This document shows positions 53,321-64,000 of a stretch of 64,000 nucleotides of DNA, in pieces (position 1 is the first letter of the stretch; every line of letters begins with the position of its first letter). The translations under genes and the position numbers were made by a program. Location of the stretch: assembly GCF_006345805.1 (NCBI RefSeq), contig NC_043000.1:30070001-30134000 (forward strand). The letters run 5' to 3'. The notes beneath the pieces are model-generated. The model ran no database searches. It worked only from the letters and a program-made list of their open reading frames with translations, and was not told the DNA's origin. The DNA is from Octopus sinensis (lineage: Eukaryota).

Positions 53321-53904
53321 CTGTACAACAACCAAGAGGAAGAGACCATACTCCACCAATCAGCATAGGAACATAGGAGAGATCCAGATGATGCAGTACA
53401 ACCTTGCAGAAATCTACAAGAAAATAAATAATGGTAAACATACAGCTGCTACTGCTGCGGCTGCTGCTGCTGTTGCTGCTGACGGTGATGATGATGAGGA
53501 GGGGGAGCAGGATTATGATGATTATGATTCGGTAAAACTTAAGTAAATTTTTAAAAAAACCAACAGTACAAGAAAAAATATAGCAAACTTCTGAGAGAAC
53601 TTATTAGGCAGAAGACAAAAGCCATCATTGCTAACTTTAATTAAATCATTTTAATTTATTAAAATAATGTTAGAAAATTAGCCAGCTTCTAATTCTTGAA
53701 ATAACTGAAATTTAATGAGTTCCAAATAATTTTAGAGTCTAAAATTTGAACGTTGTCAATTTGAAGAACTGTCACAGAACGAATAACGATATCACGATTT
53801 TCAAACGACTTTACTTTGCACCTGCGATGAGATGCGGTTGCAGCAGAACTGGAAAGTAAAGATAACAACAAAGAATGCGTAGAAAGATAATCCATGTATA
53901 ACAG

Positions 53905-53991
<87 letters not shown>

Positions 53992-54307
53992 TTTTCTTTT
54001 CTTTCCACCGCTATCTCTCTCGCTGCCACTCTCCGCTTAACTATTATATCCTAGATGTACCGCTTTGGGTGTCTATGTCTGCCCCGGAATACATAAGCAT
54101 ATGAATTATTTTCGAACGTATGGTGCATGCTAGATACACTTGCTTGCAAGTGAAGGCTAGGCATTTGCGCTGAAACACAGATACACACAAATACATACAC
54201 TCATGTAAAAGACTTGTTTTATTTCTATTCCTGAGCGCCATACTAATACAATTGTTTGTTTGTACTCAACCTGCCTTCGTCTTTTGTTTATTTTCGTAAG
54301 CTTCCCG

Positions 54308-54341
<34 letters not shown>

Positions 54342-54345
<4 letters not shown>

Positions 54346-54776
54346 GAGGGTACTACTATTCATAGATACCGCACGCTAGGAGGGACCCTTGCGGTCAAAA
54401 CTACTAAAATAAACAAATTGTACCGAATGCAAAACTTGAAAGCAAGTCATTTAAAAAAAGAATTTAGTTACATATCACCTGTGATTTCGCAATTAATGCA
54501 GAATATGCATTCTATGCTCATCAGTGCAACAAACTCAAGACATATAAGAAAAAGCATAACATTACAAACCCGACAGCCAACCGTAGAATTCGTCGTAGCA
54601 TGTACGAATGTTTATCTCTACATATCTATGAAAATGGCGGGCTTATTCGCAATGCATTTCGGGATAAATGACTAGCTTTGAAGTTTTGCATTCGGTACAC
54701 TTTGTTTATTTTAGTAGTTTTGACCGCAAGGGTCCCTCCTAGTGTGCGGTATCTATGAATAGTAGTACGCTCTATA
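54342..54776 (-). mobile_element. Foldback element: about 112-bp inverted arms around a canonical hammerhead
   Basis: 54342-54453 vs 54665-54776; TA-rich flanks. Confidence 0.85.
54467..54530 (-). ncRNA. Type I hammerhead ribozyme, intact-looking
   Basis: GTTGCA-CTGATGA-GCA tag AATGCA tattc TGCATT aat TGC-GAAA-TCAC ag GTGA-TA-TGTAAC; all core positions and three stems present. Confidence 0.9.
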
Positions 54777-55166
54777 TAATATAATTAAATATTTTCAAAA
54801 TGGAAAAATTTACGGATTTTTTCTCTTACGAGGTTTTTCACGCTAACTACTGATAATTTCTTATAAATATTTTATCCTCAATTTTAAATATATATATAAT
54901 ATATATATTGTATAAAAGGGCTTAGTAAAATAAATTACTTTGCCACATACTGAACTCTTTTAGTAAAATAAATTACTTTGCCAGTAATTACTTTACTATA
55001 TATATATTACTACATATAGACATGAATGCATGCGCTCTTACTTACATTCATACATACATACATACATACATACATACATACATACATACATACATACATA
55101 CATACATACATACATGAATACATATGTATAGCAGTCTATCTGTCTCTGAATCTATCTATCTATATA

Positions 55167-56041
55167 CAGAGTTCAATGGGTAAATTGTCGCCTTCTTATA
55201 ATTTTAATTTCGCACATGCGCATTGTTTCTTTTTAATTTTGTCGATTACACAGTATAGTATGATCTGCAGGGCACCGTAAGTGAGAAAAACAGCACCATG
55301 ATGCAATTCACTCAGCCGGAAATTTGGAAAGAACATGCTGTGCTCTTTGTATTCGCACCGGAATTTCCAATACGAATATTTCAGAGTGTTTGGGTGTCAA
55401 TCTGAGGACAGTGCAATCTGCGGACATGTACCGAGAGTGATAGAAATCAAACATCCAGTCAACATCATGGCGTTTGTTGTGATCACTAGTGATGGTGACG
55501 TTATGTCTCCATTCATCTTCCCACACGGCCTCACACTTAACATGGAAGTCCACATCAAGTGCCTGGAGGAGGTATTGCTGCCCTGGGTCAATGGAGTGGC
55601 TAGTAGAAGACTTTATGTCTGGCAACAGGACTCTGTACTATGTCACACAAGCAGAAGAACCCAGTCATGGCTGTCAGACAATTTCTTCGACAACATCATC
55701 TCTAAGACCTGGCCACCTCCTCGAGACCTTGATTATTATGTGTGGGCGCTGTTGATCAAGATATCAACAAAACTCCTTGTAACACCAAAGATAAACTGAA
55801 GGCAAGGATTATGGCAGCATTCATTAACTTAAACAAGGAGACCATTCAGAAGAGTTGCAGGAGATTCCAAAGTCGTCTGGAGGCCGTGGTTGAAGCCAAT
55901 GGTGATTTTATTGAATAAATTTACTCTTTAGTATTTCAAGATGTGTTTATGTAATTTTGGTAAATATATCTGTTAAAATGAGATCTCAGTGTTATTTTCA
56001 TTTTTGCGCAATGCAGACAACAATTTATTCATCGCATCATG
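55167..56041 (+). mobile_element. Internally deleted Tc1/mariner (maT, DD37D-like) transposon
   Basis: KHPVNIM..ITSDG, YVWQQDS..CHTSRRTQSWL, WPP..LDYYVW, RLEAVVEANGDFIE*; degenerate TIRs with TA flanks. Confidence 0.85.
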
Positions 56042-57019
56042 TATACACACACATATATATTTATATGATTAGGAGACGAGAAACGCCATCCTGATGATGG
56101 AATACAGATTAAGATTTATGTTGTAAATGTGACTTATTTCATTATATATTATCATTACGTCACCCTGTCTGACTATATAATTTGGTGAACACTTCAGGTA
56201 TAAATTACATAGCTGTATACAGTATTTTGTTCACAACGCAAACATTATGTTTTTGCATATACCTACAGGTTAGCGCTTACACTGCAACAATGATTTGTAT
56301 ACAATACGCGCATTGTAACCATGATCTGTATACATTTGCACAGTAAAATCTTTTACGCTTAAGCCATAATTAAATCGATCATACAGCAATCATGATATGG
56401 TTGGAGCTTTACAATTTAGTAATGATTTATTTGCTAAAGCTGCAAGGCAAATGTATTACATGACAAAAGCTACAAGGCGAATGTATTATATGACAACGTT
56501 TTATCTGATCACATATAAAAGCGGCATTCATACTGAAATCATTAATGTGATTAATAAATGTACAGAAAAAGGAATCCAAGCAGTAATTTAAATGAGGCTA
56601 ATCCCTGAACAGCGTAATGACGCAATCTCAAAGACAAATACATACGCATTTCAGCTCATAATATGAGAACATACTTTTATATTTATTGTTTATATTTTTA
56701 TATATTATTATTATTGGTTTCGTTCATCGGGTACGGGAACACATGCATCAATAGATATGCCAAAAACATACACGCTTGTACATTTTAAAGATTTTTACTG
56801 ATCTGTCTGTTCGTGTTTGCTGAAATGCTAATATCAGCATCGATAGTCACTTTCTTTTCTCTACCACGGATATCGTAATAAGTGTGAAACTGGCAAGAAA
56901 ATTATAGAAAGAGTCTCAGGAATTTAAGGTCAATTTCATTCTAATTTTCTCCCCCCCCTCACTCTCCACACACACACACGTATGCACACGCACACACACA
57001 CACACACACACATCTGTCT

Positions 57020-57225
57020 TTTATCTTTTACTTCTTTCAGTCATAAGACTGCGCCCATGCTGGGACCTTAAGAAATTTCTTGTCGAGCAAATCGACCCAA
57101 GTAATTTTTTTAAAATCTAGTACATATTATATCGGTCACTTTTGCCGAACCGGTAAGTTACAGGGGCGCAAAGAAGCCAACGCCAGTTGTCAAACACTGG
57201 TGGGGGAAAACCAAACACAAGGGCT

Positions 57226-57302
<77 letters not shown>

Positions 57303-57331
57303 CATATATATACATATATATATATATATAA

Positions 57332-57373
<42 letters not shown>

Positions 57374-57862
57374 TTATATATATATATGTATATATATGTG
57401 TGTATGTATATATATATGTATGTATGTATACGCACACAAACATATATGTATATGTATATGCACGTTGGGCTTCGTTCAGTTTCCGTCGACGAAATTCACT
57501 CGCAAGGATTTGATCGGCTATAATGGAATACACTTGCTCAAATACCACGTAGTGAAACTGAACCCGGAACCATGTGCCTGAGAAGCAAACTTCTTATTTC
57601 TTTATTGCCCACAAGGGGATAAACATAGAGGGGACAAACAAGGACAGACAAACGGATTAAGTCGATTGCAACGACCCCAGTGCGTAACTGATACTTATTT
57701 AATCTATCCCGAAAGGATGAAAGGCAAAGTCGACCTCGGCGGAATTTGAACTCAGAACGTAGCGGCAGACGAAATACGGCTACGCATTTCGCCCGGCGTG
57801 CTAACGTTTCTGCCAGCTCGCCGCTCGAAGAAGCAAACTTCCTGCCATAAAACCACGCCTTC
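57020..57862 (-). mobile_element. Family B SINE with expanded (TA)n and a nested family A SINE (57594-57824)
   Basis: Nested copy flanked by the 13-bp duplication AGAAGCAAACTTC. Confidence 0.85.
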
Positions 57863-58249
57863 ACCTTACAATACAGTAAATACGTGAAGGAGAGGAAAAA
57901 TTATTCTGAAGATTAGGTCACGTTAACTTTATTGTAATCTTAACAACATTAAAGAAATCCAATAATTTTAAAAAGAAAAATGTCGTCGATAAAAGAATAT
58001 TTTCCATGTTACCTGACTCAGGAAACCATTGCTAGCACAGCATCGTAATATCTTCCAAGATGCTTTTATTCTTTCATTTATGTAGTGAAGATGAAATGAA
58101 TTGTACTTTTTTTTTTAGTGTTATGCTTTGAAATTAATGTTGCCACTTAATGGTTTTTGTTTTTCAGTTCTCTCAGCCATTTTTTTCCCAGCAGCCATGT
58201 ATGTGTGACTCGACTCTTGTCCGTTCTGTTTCCATTCTGGTGGTCTGAA

Positions 58250-58640
58250 TGCATGGCTGTGTGGTTAAATAATTCGGTTTACAAACCCGTAGTACCAGGT
58301 TCAGTTTCACTGTGCAGCCATAATCTTGGGCAAGTATTTTCTGCAACCACCGCGTACCGACCAATGCCATGCGACTGGATTTGATAGTCGGAGACTGTGC
58401 GGATTCCTGTCGCATAAACTTACACGTATGTGTGTATAAATGTGTGCTTATCTTTATGTTTATGCTGTGTTTGCCTCCACCACAATTTGACAAGCGGTGT
58501 GAGTTTGTTTACGTCCTTGCAGTTAGCAGCTCGGAAAAAAGCGGTAGAAAGAATAAGTATCACAGTTGATTTTTTTCGACTAAATCGCTTAAGGTGGTGC
58601 TCCAGTATGGCCGCAGTCAAATGACGAAAACAGATGATGA
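58250..58640 (+). mobile_element. Family B SINE
   Basis: TGGCTGTGTGG head; GGTGGTGCTCCAGTATGGCCGCAGTCAAATGAC tail. Confidence 0.75.
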
Positions 58641-58656
58641 TAAAAGATATTCCTTT

Positions 58657-60690
58657 TATTATTTACGTTCGACGTATATTTGTCCTCATCTTGTTTTTTA
58701 ACACAACATTTCGGCTAATATACACTCCAGCCTTCTACAGGTGCCTTGAGGAAATTTCGAACCTGGATTCTCATTTCTAAGGTATTTTTCGATGTTATAA
58801 TTATTGCTCAGGTCACTGCCTGGAATCGAGCTCGGAATGTTGTGGTAAGTAGCCTGTGCTCTTAACCACTACGCCATATGTTCGTGAGTGTTATGTTATG
58901 GAGTGGATTTTAGGGCTTATAAATATAATGTTTTCCAATCCTTCCTTAATACGGGTTCCTATATGCTATTCATATCTGAACTCGGTCTGTTTAGGAGGTT
59001 GTTGTGTCCTAGCATATGCGCTGCTTCTGTTAGTTTTCGTATTTTCCAGTGGTGTTCTCTGTCTATTATTTTAACTTCATCCCACAGGGGGAAGTGGTCT
59101 CCATTTTTCCATACATGATCAGCTATACCCGATGTCACAGCGTTGCGATGTTCGTCTACCCTTATTTTGAGGGGGCGGTATGTTTCGCCTTTGTATAACC
59201 TACCACAGCTGCATGGGATGGAGTACACGCAGTCTTTGGTCATATCCTCTTCTATTGGTGGTTTTACTCTTGAATACTGTCCTGATATCCTATGGGCCGC
59301 ATATCTTTTGTATCTTTTCGGAGAGGCCTTTCACATAGTGTAGACAGACTGTGGACAGTTTTTTGACCTCAACCTCTCTCTTCTTCATAATTAGAGTGGA
59401 TAGTATACTTTGGGGGGGTAGTTGTTGCTTAACAGATCGTTATTGAGCTTGATCATTTCTTCGTGGTGTGTATCACGATTGCTACTTATATTCTTTACTC
59501 GATGTTTTAGGCACTGAGCAATCCCTCTCTTTACACAGTATAGATGGTGGGAATTGAAGCTGAGGTATCGTCCAGTGAAGGTCGGCTTGCAGTATATGGA
59601 TGTCCTGAATCCATACTTGGTCCGTATTATTAATACGTCCAGGAATGCCAACTGATTGGCTTTTTCCTTTTTTCCATTGTGAACTGCATAGATGGCTTTA
59701 TTGAGTTCACATGATCTAACAGCACTTGGACATCTTCCTGGTGGAGCCAGAGTATAAAGGTGACATCAACATATCGCAGCCCCATTATGGAACTGTTTAC
59801 ATATTTGGGACACTTCTGCTGTCACACACACACACACACACATATCCTAGATCATATTTCAACGTTGCTCACACAGTTGTGTGTGTGTGTGAGACAGCAG
59901 CCCCACCCCGGGTATGTGAGCAGTACTGCAATATGGTGTGCAATGCCTCTGTGTTTGTATGACATCAAATTTGTTAATTCTACCGTAATCCCTTAGGAGA
60001 GGCTGGTATGCATAAAACCATCCTGTCTGGACTTTGTGCCCCAGAGGGCAACTTTCTAGGTGCAATACCAAAGGGGCTCTTTACCCTTCACCTTTATTAA
60101 AGCTGGAGAGTGTGTTATTTAGTTTGTTGTTTGTAAAGGACTGCACAAAGTAAGGGAAGCAGTTGTAGTAACCAAAATCACAAGATGCTATTCACTGTTG
60201 GTTCTAGTGGTGTTGATCCTAAAGCCAAATTCTCAAAGTATTCCATGTATATATTGGCTATTATCGGTGATAATGGCGAACTCATAGCTAAACCTTCTCC
60301 CTGTCGATATATATCAATATCCATACTGAAGTAGGTAGTTTCTACACAGAAGGTCAACATTTCCATCAAGTTTCTTATCGGAATACTAGTGCGTTCTTTT
60401 TGATGGGTGTATGTCACTAGTTTTTCTTGAATCACCGAAAGGGCTTCAGAAGTTGGGACTTCCATGAACAGACTTATCACATCTAGACTCAGCATCTGGT
60501 TGGATTCAATGGGTATATCCTTGATCATCAATTTTGTGATATGGGTGGAATCCTTCACTACAATGTTGACTTTCCTGCTAATAGACTGATTACATCCAGA
60601 AGGAAGCGGCTCAGTGGATGACATGCTGAACCTCTACAGCTCACTATAGGTCTTAATGGAATATCCGTCAAATGTAAATAATGTAAATAT
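58657..60690 (-). mobile_element. Penelope/Poseidon-type retroelement, 5'-truncated: RT + GIY-YIG + pLTR, interrupted by an insertion at about 59760-60190
   Basis: IPLRPIVS, SLDVISLFMEVP, GLAMSSPLSPIIANIYME, FLDVLI, KPTFTGRYLSFNSHH, CVYSIPCSCGRLYKGET.RPLKIRVDEH; pLTR with decayed HHR at 58700-58745. Confidence 0.9.
58808..58878 (-). promoter_or_regulatory. tRNA-like Pol III unit (A and B boxes) between GIY-YIG and pLTR
   Basis: Minus strand TGGCGTAGTGGTTAAGAGC...GAGCTCGATTCCAGG. Confidence 0.6.
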
Positions 60691-61147
60691 AGAAGTGTAG
60701 GAGATACTTGCCCAAGGTGACACGCAGTGGGACTGAACGCGGAACCATGTGATTGGTAAGCAAGCTACTTACCACACAACCACGCCTGTATTATGTTATT
60801 ATTATTATCATTGATTGTCGACGTATTATTACAAATGTTATACTTCATATAATATGTTATTTGTTTCCCTTAACAAACAAATATACTATTTGAAGACCGC
60901 ATACCCATCATATTCTTCGACATATTTTGCTAAAAGATGTCGCTTACTTTTTCTTCAGTTCTCTGTTTTTCCCAATCTTAAAGAAAACGTTCTTCAATAT
61001 CTCGAGTGGTTTATCTCCTGGCAGGTAGTTTCTGCTCCTGAAGCTGAATCTAGTTTCTCTTTGTTCTTAGTGTTTGCCTTTTCATGTCGAGAACGAGAGC
61101 CTCCAAGTGCAATTTTGTAAATAGGTGTTGTTTGCATTACATTATCG

Positions 61148-61209
<62 letters not shown>

Positions 61210-61519
61210 CCCCAGAAATGCTCGTGTTTTGCTATTCCTTCCTTTGAGAGAAGAAAGCTATAGAATGGCAGTTTATTATTGCGCTGTTAAGCTTTAAATG
61301 CATAGAAGTAACTGATTGGTTAGAAGCGATTTTAATACAAATTAATGAAAATAGAAAACAAAAAGAGCAACCACAAAATTATGAGAGAAAACATTATTAA
61401 AAGTCAAATTTGTTACGAATTTTTATCTGCTGTTTATCGTCTGCAGTTATTTTATTCTTGACAATCATAGTGGCTCAATCTGTTCAGCAGATTTAGGAAA
61501 TGATCAACAATAGTCACGG

Positions 61520-61674
61520 GGATGGCTGTGTGGTAAAGAGCTTACCTGCTAACCATATGGTTCGAGGTTCAGACCCACAGCATGGCACCTTAGGTATGTC
61601 TTCTACTACAGCCTCAGGTCAGCGAAAGCCTTGTCAGTGGATTTCGTAGACGTTAGCTGAAAGAAGTCCGCCGC

Positions 61675-61725
<51 letters not shown>

Positions 61726-62025
61726 TGTGTGTGTGTGTGTATGTGTGTGTGTGCGTGTGCGTGCGTGTATGTGTGTGCGCGTGTGTGTGTGTATCCACGT
61801 GTATGTGTCTTTGTGTCTATGTTTGCCCTCTTATCCACCGCTTGGCAACCGGTGTTGGTGTGGTTGCGTCCGCGTAACTTAGCACATAGGGAACAGAGTC
61901 CGATGTAATAAGTGCCTTGCTTAAAAAAATGCAAGAATGGGGGTCAATTCACTCCTCCCAAAATGTTTTCTAGGCGGTGCCCCAGTATGGCCTCGGTATC
62001 ATGACTGAAACAAGTAAAAAGTCAA
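61520..62025 (+). mobile_element. Family B SINE with CR1-like tail
   Basis: TGGCTGTGTGGTAAAGAGC head; GGCGGTGCCCCAGTATGGCC..TGACTGAAAC tail. Confidence 0.8.
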
Positions 62026-62462
62026 AGGAAAGGTAATAGACAATACTATTCAGACGATGAAATTCTGCAGAAGCTGTACGTGATAAAGATATTGTAGCTT
62101 CTATATATTTAGAAGGACACCCGAGGAATGCGTGAGGGTGTCACACTGAACTGTGTGTTGCCTCACAAATATCTTGCTAGTTAGAAGCCCCCAGATTGCA
62201 GTACCAGAAACACGACAGTGACCGGAGAAGAAAGGACGTCGTTGGTCCCACGATTCACAAAAATCTTTGGAACCTGCTACGTTGTTACATGACATGGTTT
62301 CGAGTTGGTGCGGAGGTCAGCGAATCCATGAATGCCGTTGATTTCTGGGTAATTACAGAGAAGTATTCGGTTAGAGAACAGTTTTGATGATTAATGTATC
62401 AAGTTGATCGATTTTCTAGCGTATTATGTCTTTTTCATTTTGGTGCTATTATTTTTACTTGT

Positions 62463-62635
62463 AAGGCGGCGAGCTGGCAGAAACATTAACAAGCCTGGCA
62501 TACGTTCTGAGTTCAAATTTCGCCGAGGTCGACTTTGCCTTTCATCATTTCGGGCTCGATAAATTAAATACCAGTTGTGTACTAGGGTCGATCAAATCCC
62601 CCAAAATTTCTGGGCTTGTGCTCAGAGTAGAAAAG
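62463..62635 (+). mobile_element. Family A SINE
   Basis: Consensus match with an internal deletion. Confidence 0.8.
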
Positions 62636-62683
62636 ATTATTTTTACTTGTGCTTTCGAAGGTTCTCCATTTGCTGAGCGAACA

Positions 62684-62744
<61 letters not shown>

Positions 62745-62827
62745 ACATAGTAAATTTGTAAGGTATCGCACGAGTTGAAATATATATGAAAGAAGGTTTG
62801 AAAATGCAATTTTAAAGATGTTTACTC

Positions 62828-62869
62828 ACTTGACCGGTTTCACTTTTTTAGAAAAAGATTGTCAAAAGT
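62828..62869 (-). ncRNA. Minimal hammerhead motif with U3-A8 core variant
   Basis: ACTT-TTGACAA-t-CTTTTT cta AAAAAG-t-GAAA-CCGG-TC-AAGT. Confidence 0.6.
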
Positions 62870-64000
62870 AAAATGTAAAGCTTTGTATGAGTTTTGTTGC
62901 ATATATATTCTTACTACCCTAAGATTTTAATTAATGATAAAATGGTTTTGGGCTAATTCTGGAAGAAAATCAGCAATTTATTTAGTGTTGATTGATTTCC
63001 GCATCTGCGCGGTAAATTCGAAAAATTAGAACCTATAGACACGTGGCTGATTACTTATAGCTCCATGTCTATGTGTTCAGTCCTGGCAACCTACTGAGGA
63101 CGCAGCGCCAGATATAGATTGAAATTATTTTATTTCAATTTGTATTTAAGTCTGCAGAAGCCATGTTTTAATTCTTCAATCACTTTCGGAATGACAATAA
63201 TTGGTGGTTTGGAGTTTTAACTGCTCTTTCTAGCGAGTCAGATATCCTATTCTTCGGGTATCTCTTTTGTGTTTGAACGGACACTGTATTCTTCTCTGAA
63301 TTATATATATATATATGGTGAAGAAGTTCGATAGAATAAGTTTTCAAAACAGTGAATTGCACTAAAATTTATAAAAAGAAGCCAAATGCACAGAAATTAT
63401 ATGTTGAACTAAAACAAAAGACATGTATATTATTATGAACTAAAATATTTAAATAGTCGACCGGTTTCCTTTGTAATAATTATGGCCAAGAAGTTAGTGA
63501 TAATGTTAAAACTTCATGTATTCATTCCATGTAAGTAGGAGGCAGGATTTTTTGTAAATTTTTATGTATGTATTCATTATGTGCCATAAATGATCTCTCT
63601 CTCTCTCTATGCTTTTCAATATTATTCCCAATAAAAATTCACTTTTGTCCTGAACTGTAACTTATGACACAAAGAACAGTGGAACGGAAAGATATAAGAA
63701 AAACAAAAGAAAAAAATAAGAAAAACAATTGTAGCATCAACAACAAGAACAACAACAATAATAAATATGTAAGTTTTATTTGATATCTGTGAATAATTTG
63801 TTTTGGCAGAAATGGAGTTGATTTTATTGAGTTCTTGTGAATAAATATATATTTTGCAATATTTATTTTTGCGTAGGAGAGTCATAGCAACCTGCTGATT
63901 CCCTTCGTGTTTAGTGGACATATAATTACTTTTAATAGATCTTGCATAAAAAAAGAATATATCGCTGGCGAAGGATTGGTTAAGCCCACCGAAATTATGT

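Overview
Non-coding, AT-rich, microsatellite-dense animal DNA. The SINE/microsatellite repertoire suggests an octopus (cephalopod) genome; this is inference, not verified. No intact host protein-coding gene is supported, and nearly all ORF-track entries are translations of (TA)n, (CA)n, (TAA)n, (GTA)n or (GATA)n repeats. The window is built from decayed mobile elements: four Penelope-like (PLE) RT/GIY-YIG remnants, a CR1-type LINE, an R4/Dong LINE with an internal inversion, Tc1/mariner/maT transposons, Helitron-type elements and at least four SINE families. There is a 100-N gap at 21837-21936. The most striking unannotated signal is about 16 hammerhead-ribozyme (HHR) motifs from many sequence families. 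Several lie in short non-coding foldback elements flanked by (TA)n/(TG)n, in which the tail 3' of the HHR is duplicated in inverted orientation on the other side. The set includes a canonical intact-looking HHR, minimal dimer-type HHRs, permuted type-II-like HHRs and a compensated U3-A8 core variant. One family links directly to a Penelope element in this window, whose HHR lies just downstream of a tRNA-like Pol III unit. All folds were read by eye and none was computed.
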